A stretch of 64,000 nt of DNA. Origin: Patescibacteria group bacterium. Lineage in GTDB: Bacteria; Patescibacteriota; Minisyncoccia; Phycocordibacterales; PALSA-1337. The stretch is from the NCBI GenBank assembly GCA_038064415.1, contig JBBTTD010000005.1, forward strand, positions 2,149 through 66,148, read 5' to 3'. The stretch's first letter is position 1. Every line of letters begins with the position of its first letter. Under the pieces are notes generated by a model that saw only the letters and a list, made by a program, of their open reading frames with translations, made no database searches and was not told where the DNA came from. This document shows, piece after piece, positions 56,965 through 64,000 of the stretch. Position numbers and translations under genes: made by a program.

Positions 56965-57036
56965 GGTGCCCAGCGGGAATCGGACCCGCAACGCCAGTTC
57001 CACAAACTGGGGTTTTACCACTAAACTATGGGCACC
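56965..57036 (-). tRNA. tRNA-His(GTG)
   Basis: G-1, acceptor GTGCCCA/TGGGCAC, C73, anticodon arm ccagt-tt-GTG-ga-actgg. Confidence 0.92.
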
Positions 57037-57210
57037 ATATAACAAACTGTTGTGCTAAACTAAATTACTAATATGTCGGCGCTTGCTCATTTATACCAGA
57101 TTTATGGTTACTTAGTCGAGCTAACGCATAGAACGACGACGATCTATTGAGAAACGCGATCGTCATGACCGGTACCCTATTTCGTGTCCACTTTATGGGG
57201 TCCAGATCAG

Positions 57211-57294
57211 TGCGCAGGAGAGGAATCGAACCTCCATACCCGAATGGGCGCTACCACCTCAAGGTAGTGCGTCTACCAGTTTCGCCACCTGCGC
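57211..57294 (-). tRNA. tRNA-Leu(GAG)
   Basis: GCGCAGG/CCTGCGC acceptor, ctacc-tt-GAG-gt-ggtag, long variable arm, TTCGATT T-loop. Confidence 0.96.
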
Positions 57295-57393
57295 ATTTTT
57301 GCTTAAAAATAAATCTACTAACTCTAGTAGATCTTCATCATATCGGAAGATTGATTTATTTTCTAGTATGGCTAGGGTTTTAAGCCCTAAATT

Positions 57394-57816
57394 TTAAACC
57401 TTAACGGGCTCCTCAACCTTTGGGGCTTCAGGGCTTTCAACAATTACTTCTTTATCTTTAACACTCAAGATGCGTCTCATTTGGTGACGAATTTCTTTTG
57501 CGGCCTTGCGACGAATGAAATAAAGCTTGGCGCGACGAACTTTTGAGCGACGAACGAGTTCAACTTCATCAATCATTGGAGAATAAAGCGGAAATGTGCG
57601 CTCAACTCCAATGCCACCGACAACTTTGCGAACAGTGAATGTCGCGCCAGCTTCACGACCGTGTTTATGAGACAAAACTAGTCCTTCAAAAGCTTGAAGG
57701 CGAAATTTGCCTTTATCTTCTTCAATCTTCTGCCAGACACGAACCAAATCGCCTGAACGAATATCAAGATTTTTACGCTCTTTCAGATCTACGGGAGTTA
57801 TTACCTTGGTTGCCAT
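57394..57816 (-). CDS. rplS: 50S ribosomal protein L19
   Basis: [32 protein letters not shown]. Confidence 0.98.
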   Translation of the reverse strand: MATKVITPVDLKERKNLDIRSGDLVRVWQKIEEDKGKFRLQAFEGLVLSHKHGREAGATFTVRKVVGGIGVERTFPLYSPMIDEVELVRRSKVRRAKLYFIRRKAAKEIRHQMRRILSVKDKEVIVESPEAPKVEEPVKV

Positions 57817-57876
57817 AGTGGGAGTACATTATCATAGCAAAAGAAAATACTCAAGGAATAAATTACTAAGACTTGA

Positions 57877-58704
57877 TTATTCATGCTTAATTTTAATCCC
57901 AAACTTCTTACGGGCCTTCTCAAAATCTTTCGGCAAAGGTGCCTCAACTTTGACATGTTTCCCCCCTAAACTCTCAAATTCTATAGATTGAGCATGGAGT
58001 GCGGTACGCTTGAAACCAAGTGCCATTGGCCTTTTGGGAGCATAGAGGGTATCTCCTACAACGGGATGGTTAATTGCCATAAAATGAACTCTGATCTGAT
58101 GTGTCCTGCCTGTTTTTGGTTCAACTTCAACTAATGAAAACTTCTCCATTTCTCCATTCAATTCATTGTGAGTTTCCGCTGGGGCCCGCTCTTTACTCCA
58201 ATCGGGGGCAGGAATGACAAAAGAGGCTAATCTAGTCCAATATGTTTCCGCCTCACGCATCTCACCACGAGCCCCTCTCTGTGCCGACCATTTGCGAAAA
58301 TCAGAATTACTTCTGCCGATCGGCCGACTGATGGTTCCAAACTCTTCATCAAGTTTGCCCCAAACAAAAGCTAGGTATTTTTTTATCATTGCCCGATCTC
58401 GAAATTGTTTCTTTAAATTAGCATGTCCTTCAACTGTTTTAGCAATCACCAAAACCCCAGAAGTTTCTCGATCAAGTCTATGAACTATTCCTGGACGAAG
58501 TATCGGTGTGCCATCAGGTGTGCGTGTGTGTTCCCCAACATTTGCAGTATCAGGAAATTTTTTAATGATCCAATCGGTCAGAAATGGTCCGGAGTCACGA
58601 CCATCTGGATGAATGATCAGTCCAGCGGGTTTGTTGATTACTACGCAATCATCATCCTCATAGAGAATTTCAATTTTGGGTATTTTTAGCAATTTATTGC
58701 TCAT
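57877..58704 (-). CDS. RluA/RluD family pseudouridine synthase
   Basis: INKPAG, HRLDRETSG, TGRTHQIRVH, HPVVGD.LY, LHA. Confidence 0.95.
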   Translation of the reverse strand: MSNKLLKIPKIEILYEDDDCVVINKPAGLIIHPDGRDSGPFLTDWIIKKFPDTANVGEHTRTPDGTPILRPGIVHRLDRETSGVLVIAKTVEGHANLKKQFRDRAMIKKYLAFVWGKLDEEFGTISRPIGRSNSDFRKWSAQRGARGEMREAETYWTRLASFVIPAPDWSKERAPAETHNELNGEMEKFSLVEVEPKTGRTHQIRVHFMAINHPVVGDTLYAPKRPMALGFKRTALHAQSIEFESLGGKHVKVEAPLPKDFEKARKKFGIKIKHE

Positions 58705-58803
58705 TACATGAATATACGCTAATCTAAGATAGTTCACAAGAAATTTATCCATGCGCAATTAGCTGTTTTGGTAGGTATCAAATGGAATTGACAATACATA
58801 CAT

Positions 58804-58879
58804 GCGCCCTTAGCTCAGTTGGTAGAGCAACCCATTTACACTGGGAAGGTCAGGAGTTCGAATCTCTTAGGGCGCACCA
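58804..58879 (+). tRNA. tRNA-Val(TAC)
   Basis: GCGCCCT/AGGGCGC acceptor, ccca-tt-TAC-ac-tggg, TTCGAAT, encoded CCA. Confidence 0.93.
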
Positions 58880-58880
58880 A

Positions 58881-58917
58881 AACCAAAAATCTTCCTCTCG
58901 TGGGAAGATTTTTGGTT
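58881..58917. terminator. Bidirectional terminator after tRNA-Val
   Basis: aaccaaaaatcttcc...ggaagatttttggtt. Confidence 0.7.
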
Positions 58918-58946
58918 ACTCAATTTTGTGAATTTGTAACTTACAC

Positions 58947-59315
58947 CTACATCTGCGGTGCAGATGAGGAAACAGAACTTCCCTTTGAACTAAATCCGAC
59001 AATTGCGACGACAACACCTACAATGAGGTAGACCCAGTTTGTCGCGGAATCAGTGACAAAAGCTCCAAACAAAACTGAACTTCCTTGGACCAAACCAAGA
59101 ATCGCGATTACCACATAGATAATTCCAACCGTCTTCAGGGCGGTTGCTACTGAAGGTTTTGAAGCTAGAAGTAGTAATACTATACCCACAATGATATGAA
59201 CAATGCTACTCAAAGCATCCGCGACAATAAAGCCGAGAACTGGAGTAGCAAAAAAGCCCCAGATACCGACAATCACAAAGATGACACCCAAGACAAAAGA
59301 TAATGTTTTTGCCAT
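58947..59315 (-). CDS. Four-TM membrane protein (DUF4383-like)
   Basis: G.IF..VGI.GF, VH...GI, G.IY....LG pattern. Confidence 0.75.
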   Translation of the reverse strand: MAKTLSFVLGVIFVIVGIWGFFATPVLGFIVADALSSIVHIIVGIVLLLLASKPSVATALKTVGIIYVVIAILGLVQGSSVLFGAFVTDSATNWVYLIVGVVVAIVGFSSKGSSVSSSAPQM

Positions 59316-59417
59316 ATTATTTTACTATTAATTTATAATGCCATTGACCAACTATATTATATGCTGTATTGAGATATTAGAAAACAGGACAATCCACAGG
59401 TCGTTTTGTTCACTTAA

Positions 59418-59456
59418 CTTGTCCCCTCGGTTGGAATCGATCAACATTCACGGCTT
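59418..59456 (-). repeat. Degenerate copy of the tRNA-Arg 3' half
   Basis: cttgtcccctcggttggaatcga is identical to 59492-59514, then diverges. Confidence 0.85.
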
Positions 59457-59495
59457 TTATGTTCCTGTGGAGTATCAAGTGCTTACAAATTCTTG

Positions 59496-59567
59496 TCCCC
59501 TCGGTTGGAATCGAACCAACATCGACGGCTTAGAAGTCCGCAGTTCTATCCATTGAACTACGAGGGG
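59496..59567 (-). tRNA. tRNA-Arg(TCT)
   Basis: CCCCTCG/CGAGGGG acceptor, loop ct-TCT-aa, gttgg-TTCGATT-ccaac. Confidence 0.92.
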
Positions 59568-59602
59568 AAATATTCAAAATACTAACACAAATTGCTTAAA
59601 AC

Positions 59603-59643
59603 CGGCTTCATGTCCGCAGTTCTATCCATTGAACTACGAGGGG
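59603..59643 (-). repeat. Copy of the tRNA-Arg 5' half
   Basis: gtccgcagttctatccattgaactacgagggg (59612-59643) is identical to 59536-59567. Confidence 0.85.
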
Positions 59644-59712
59644 TCATCATATTGATAACTAAGACACAATAACCGACAACCAAACAACACACAAGTCCAT
59701 TGTTTGATTATT

Positions 59713-60057
59713 TCACAAAGACGGATCAGACATACGCGCGCTTCCTTGAATTATATTCGTTCTTTCCGTACCGCGATTATTAAATTCCTTTAATATTTTA
59801 GAAAGAGAATTAGAGTTAAATATCGTATTGGACTTGAACTCCGAACTTGATTCTGGTCGCGACAATCTATCACTAATTTTACTATAAGCGATATACCCAA
59901 GAACTACGAAAACCCCAGATACGATTGAAGAGATGACGATCAATAACAACCAACCAAGATAAGGGTCAGTCAATACCCGACGAATGAATGGGTCGCGATG
60001 ATCCCTGGAAGAGGTGTGTCGGCGAGAATGATGTCGCGTAAAAGAAAATATAGGCAT
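59713..60057 (-). CDS. Single-TM protein, last gene of the pilM operon (PilP position)
   Basis: DP...W motif, one TM, C-terminal DPSL; operon context. Confidence 0.7.
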   Translation of the reverse strand: MPIFSFTRHHSRRHTSSRDHRDPFIRRVLTDPYLGWLLLIVISSIVSGVFVVLGYIAYSKISDRLSRPESSSEFKSNTIFNSNSLSKILKEFNNRGTERTNIIQGSARMSDPSL

Positions 60058-60071
60058 GATTTTATTATATG

Positions 60072-60629
60072 TTAATTCGCGTCATGGATAGTTGTGGCTT
60101 TGAGGACAAAAGACAGATTCCACTCTCTAGAAAGATTTTTTGGATCTGACGAACCTGAAGAGTTGAGACGAACATTACTTATAGAAATTTTGTAAGGAAG
60201 CACCTCGGCTAACATCAAAGTTCTTATAACCGCCGACCAAGATCCTTGGACTTGCACACCCGCATTGATAAAGCCAAATTTGCCATTTTGGCCACTAGGA
60301 TCAATGCTATCAATAGACGAGAGCACGACTCTACTACCAGTACGACCACCGAGAGATTCAATGGTCTCTATAAAAGAAACCGTATCTGAATCTTTTACAA
60401 AAAATGAAAAAACACTAGCACGGTCTGTGGCTGTTTTTTCATATAAAGATGTTAACTCTTTTTGTTCTTGTTTGTATGATTCATTTTTTGCTAATGTACT
60501 TCTAACAGTCAGTGCGTCTGCAAGTGAGACATTGACGCGATAATTCATATATCCGTAAAGCGTATAGACAAAAAGCGTGACGGAGAACGCGATAATTAGC
60601 AAAGCTATGTGATTATGATGCCTCTTCAT
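60072..60629 (-). CDS. PilO-like protein
   Basis: N-terminal TM, coiled coil, V.GSW..V......E.LP. Confidence 0.7.
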   Translation of the reverse strand: MKRHHNHIALLIIAFSVTLFVYTLYGYMNYRVNVSLADALTVRSTLAKNESYKQEQKELTSLYEKTATDRASVFSFFVKDSDTVSFIETIESLGGRTGSRVVLSSIDSIDPSGQNGKFGFINAGVQVQGSWSAVIRTLMLAEVLPYKISISNVRLNSSGSSDPKNLSREWNLSFVLKATTIHDAN

Positions 60630-61168
60630 TGTAAAGATTTAATTACTTTTAACGAAAATGAGATATCTTTGTTTTTAGCCAATCCAGAGATAGGCAGATC
60701 GACTTTATTGCCTTTGTTCAGAGTCTCCAACCTAGTCTTAAATGAAATCAACGATTCGCGAGTCGGGGCAGTGCCTGACAAAAAAATCGTGGCCGTGGAA
60801 GTTGAAATACTTTCAAACCTGATGGAATCAATTGAGATTGGTCCGCGAGCACTGGTGATTTGTTCTATCAGATCAGAATAACGTATTGATGAAAAACTCT
60901 CTGAAAGAGAATTAATCAATAACATATCGGAACGCAATTCTTTTTCAATCCCTAAAATTTCGCTTATGTTTTTATCTTTTCCCGACGAAACAATGGTATC
61001 GTTTATTGAACTCCCCTCAATGTAGACATAAATATAAGCTGGAAAAAGAGAGCAGACACCGACCAGTCCAGTGGCCGCCAACAAAAATAAAGCAACAACG
61101 GCAATATGATAGAGATACTCTTTTTTGAATATTTTCTGCTCTTGAATTGGTAGGAAACTATGTCGCAT
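60626..61168 (-). CDS. PilN-like protein
   Basis: N-terminal FLP motif, TM, L.G.A.TR..L..F...L. Confidence 0.75.
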   Translation of the reverse strand: MRHSFLPIQEQKIFKKEYLYHIAVVALFLLAATGLVGVCSLFPAYIYVYIEGSSINDTIVSSGKDKNISEILGIEKELRSDMLLINSLSESFSSIRYSDLIEQITSARGPISIDSIRFESISTSTATIFLSGTAPTRESLISFKTRLETLNKGNKVDLPISGLAKNKDISFSLKVIKSLQ

Positions 61169-61180
61169 AAAAGTACTTAA

Positions 61181-62149
61181 TTATAAAGCCAATCCCGCGG
61201 CGATGGCATACTCAAGTGATTGCGCTTTGGTAATCGCGGGAATATATTTATTGATATTAAAAGCGTTGTGCCAGACATCAGGAAGAGCGCTCCGTGGAAT
61301 TATTTCACTATTTTGATTACGAATCAGAGATTCGCATTCCTTGGCGCGAGAACCGACGACAATCACTTCTGATATATCGGAATGCACATCGCTACGCGTG
61401 GTCCAATATGAATAGACTTTGTTGATCTCATTCATTATGGTATTTATTGAAAAATCGGAGATTTTTGTCAAAGGAATCTCGTCACTACCCCATGAAATCG
61501 TAGACGTAAAACAGACTACTCCTTCAGAAACAATATAAAAGCCGGTTTTCTTTTTCATAATATGTACGACAAGCTGGGTACTGTTGGAATTGTGAGAGAC
61601 ATATGAAAGTACAATTGACTTTGGTACTACCTCAAAAGCAACGGGAAACGCGCCGGTGGCGCGAATAAGGGCGACATAATGCTCAATATATGTTCTTGGC
61701 ACAACCGAAACGCTGGCACGAAGTAAATTACCGACTACGGTTTGCGGCATAAGATCAAATTGGAATAACGCGTCTGGAGCGGAAAGTGGAACATTTTGAT
61801 CCAATTTGAATTCAATGTTTTGAGCAATTGATTTAAAATCTAAACTCTGAACATCAGTCTGAAATAAATAGGCCTTTTCTTCTGGAATAGAAACCTTCAC
61901 ATACAAAAGATTATTTTTTGCGATAAAATCCGACAGGATAGTAGAAAATTCTTTTTCATCCTTGATTTCTCCGTTTTCCACAAGACCAACGGGAAATTCT
62001 TGGCTGGCGAACTTGGAAATGGTCAATCCATGATAATTTCTGCGATATTCAATACACCTGATTCCATCATCGGATATGTCCAGACCTGCGTGTTGCATGA
62101 CCAGAAACGCTGGGGGCGGAAAGAGTTTGAAAAATAACGAGCTTTGCAT
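61181..62149 (-). CDS. pilM: Type IV pilus assembly protein PilM
   Basis: Actin-like fold: GLDISD..I, G.VE.G.I.D, C-terminal YAIAAGLAL. Confidence 0.85.
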   Translation of the reverse strand: MQSSLFFKLFPPPAFLVMQHAGLDISDDGIRCIEYRRNYHGLTISKFASQEFPVGLVENGEIKDEKEFSTILSDFIAKNNLLYVKVSIPEEKAYLFQTDVQSLDFKSIAQNIEFKLDQNVPLSAPDALFQFDLMPQTVVGNLLRASVSVVPRTYIEHYVALIRATGAFPVAFEVVPKSIVLSYVSHNSNSTQLVVHIMKKKTGFYIVSEGVVCFTSTISWGSDEIPLTKISDFSINTIMNEINKVYSYWTTRSDVHSDISEVIVVGSRAKECESLIRNQNSEIIPRSALPDVWHNAFNINKYIPAITKAQSLEYAIAAGLAL

Positions 62150-62269
62150 GCTCTAATTGTAACGCAAAAATTGAGAAATATGAAATCTATACCCACATCG
62201 CTCGGCAAATATCTTGATTTTTCAAGCCCGCGGAAACTCAGTGGACGATTTGGCAAAATATTTGCCAAG

Positions 62270-62890
62270 CTATTTAAGTCTCTTTAGACCCTCCTTAAAT
62301 ATCTCCTTCAAGGCCGGGGCGGCGGAAGTCAAAATAATTATTATAACTATTGGAATAACATAGCAATCTGGATTTGGAATAAGTGCTCCAAGTCCATATC
62401 CAAGCCATAGCATGAGCCACGTCCAAAGGAAACCACCGATAATATTAAAAGCAAGAAATGTTTGATATTTCATTGTGCCAATCCCAGCCACGATCGGCGC
62501 AAATGTCCTTATGATGGGAATAAAGCGTGATAAAATAATCGTTTTTTTGCCGTACTTTTCGTAAAAATGTTGAGCACGAACTATATACTTTTTGTTAAAT
62601 AACAATGAATCTTCGCGAGTAGAGAGCGCGGGGCCAATTTTCTTTCCAAAAGCATATCCGAGTGAGTCCCCGATCACTGCGGCTAGAAAAGTCCCAATCA
62701 ATAGCCAAGAAAATGACACATAACCTTGTGAAGCCAGGAATCCGGCGGTAAATAAAAGTGAGTCTCCGGGAAAAAAGAAGCCAAAAAATAATCCCGTTTC
62801 AATAAAAATTATCAAAATCACACCTAGAGTACCGAGGGTGGTGATTAAAATTTTTGGTTCAAGTAGAATTTGAAAGAATTCGGTAGTCAT
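62270..62890 (-). CDS. DedA family membrane protein
   Basis: F.ETGL..GFF.PGDSLLF.AG, GD..GY..G, RFIPI.RTFAP.VAG. Confidence 0.95.
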   Translation of the reverse strand: MTTEFFQILLEPKILITTLGTLGVILIIFIETGLFFGFFFPGDSLLFTAGFLASQGYVSFSWLLIGTFLAAVIGDSLGYAFGKKIGPALSTREDSLLFNKKYIVRAQHFYEKYGKKTIILSRFIPIIRTFAPIVAGIGTMKYQTFLAFNIIGGFLWTWLMLWLGYGLGALIPNPDCYVIPIVIIIILTSAAPALKEIFKEGLKRLK

Positions 62891-63271
62891 TTAATTTTTT
62901 TGTCTATCCAGATAGCTCTGTAATATCAACGCCGCCGCTGACGCATCACTCATATTATTCTTACCTTGAAATCTTTCAGCTTGAACACTGGTCATAAATT
63001 CTAATTCCAAATAAACAATAAATCCGACCTTCTCTAATTCTTTTTTGAATTCATCGGCTTCTTCAAAAATAGCATTTGGTTGCTGTCTATAATTGCGCGA
63101 CTCTCCTATCACAATTTCTTTGACCTCGTGTTGTTTCGCGATCTCTATTATTTCTTTCACCGCCACATCACTATTTTGCACAACTACCAAAGGTAAAGCG
63201 AACTTGCGTGATTCGTCAGAGACCGCGACTCCGATTCGCTTTGTGCCGTAGTCTATTCCGAGAATTTTCAT
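62891..63271 (-). CDS. ruvX: YqgF/RuvX family nuclease
   Basis: ILGIDYGTKRIGVAVSD, E..TS, D..AA.LILQSYLD. Confidence 0.95.
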   Translation of the reverse strand: MKILGIDYGTKRIGVAVSDESRKFALPLVVVQNSDVAVKEIIEIAKQHEVKEIVIGESRNYRQQPNAIFEEADEFKKELEKVGFIVYLELEFMTSVQAERFQGKNNMSDASAAALILQSYLDRQKN

Positions 63272-63378
63272 AACTTAACAATATCATACAATTATCATAA
63301 ATGTGTTGCGAAACAACGGTTTTTCCTTTATGATTGGGAAACTGATTTGCCTAAGCTAAATTGAGTAAGGCTAAACAG

Positions 63379-63468
63379 GGATGGGTGCCGGAGTGGTCTA
63401 ACGGAACAGTCTTGAAAACTGTCGTCCTCGAAAGGGGACCGTGAGTTCAAATCTCACCCCATCCGCCA
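63379..63468 (+). tRNA. tRNA-Ser(TGA)
   Basis: GGATGGG/CCCATCC acceptor, acagt-ct-TGA-aa-actgt, long variable arm, encoded CCA. Confidence 0.96.
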
Positions 63469-63518
63469 TTGATCTATACTATTCACACCATAAAAATAAT
63501 TAATGCTATAATTGTCCT

Positions 63519-63983
63519 ATGGCAAGTCAACCTCTGATTATTTGGAGCGCGCCGGAACATTTATATGTTGAAAAAAAGCCCGACTGGTATTGGGCTGTTG
63601 GAATTATCACGCTGGCATTAGCGGCAGTAGCTTTTATTTTTGGCAACATAATAACTGGAATATTCGTAGTCGTCGCCGCGATTGCGTTGGTTCTGCACGC
63701 CTCCAAACCACCACGAACAGTCAGCTACGAAATAAACGATCGTGGAATCGTGGCTGGTGATATTCTCTACCCTTTTCTTAGTCTAGAATCATTCTGGATA
63801 CCGCACGATGAGTTTCCGCCAAAACTAATCATCAAATCAAGAAAACTTTTCATGCCTTTTATTGTCATTTACATTGACGAGATAGATCCTGAACAAGTCA
63901 GAGAAGTCATGCTCACTTATATTGCCGAAACCGAACATCGCGAACCGCTTTTGAAACATGTTCTGGAAATGTTAGGATTTTAA
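63519..63983 (+). CDS. Conserved two-TM membrane protein
   Basis: W.APE....K..DWYW, two TM helices, PH-like tail with GI......YP....SFW. Confidence 0.8.
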   Translation: MASQPLIIWSAPEHLYVEKKPDWYWAVGIITLALAAVAFIFGNIITGIFVVVAAIALVLHASKPPRTVSYEINDRGIVAGDILYPFLSLESFWIPHDEFPPKLIIKSRKLFMPFIVIYIDEIDPEQVREVMLTYIAETEHREPLLKHVLEMLGF

Positions 63984-64000
63984 AATAGAACAAAAAATAA

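Noticed and set aside
56649-57005. 118-aa ORF as given in the track, or a prophage excisionase
   Set aside because: The upstream extension overlaps tRNA-His, so the start is 56906; no integrase or phage genes are present and it pairs with Doc.
57147-57383. ORFs overlapping tRNAs (also 58819-59031 and 59338-59556)
   Set aside because: They overlap clear tRNA genes and have no protein features.
59418-59643. A split or permuted second tRNA gene
   Set aside because: The halves flank an intact tRNA, the 3' copy has a damaged T-arm, and the anticodon loop is not rebuilt.

Overview
A 64-kb chromosomal window from a small-genome, AT-rich bacterium (genetic code 11), most likely Parcubacteria/Patescibacteria (CPR). 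The evidence is alpha2-type GlyRS, type-2 IleRS with a histidine-phosphatase insertion, rplK without rplA, a pilM-N-O cluster, many leaderless genes and DGR-type variable proteins. Most of the window is housekeeping: ribosomal proteins, four aminoacyl-tRNA synthetases, recA/recO/ssb/ftsK, five tRNAs. It also holds a cell-surface gene cluster, three toxin-antitoxin pairs and a CsoR-CopA copper island. The strongest candidate for a new system is the folate/thymidylate cluster (33.4-38.6 kb). Its ThyA homologue has Asp at the dUMP-specificity Asn177 position, the dCMP-specific signature. The neighbouring Dcd homologue lacks the catalytic Glu138, and a dCMP-deaminase-like gene, tmk, DHFR and glyA sit alongside. 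Together these suggest a uracil-free route dCTP->dCMP->5-methyl-dCMP->dTMP (inference, untested). Other notable signals: two unidentified large structured RNAs flanking glyA; two remote DGR target-like genes; a three-copy promoter with 11-bp direct repeats; several palindromic repeat families that also insert in frame into housekeeping proteins; and a tRNA-Arg flanked by copies of both its halves. All family assignments come from motif recognition by eye; no database search was run.
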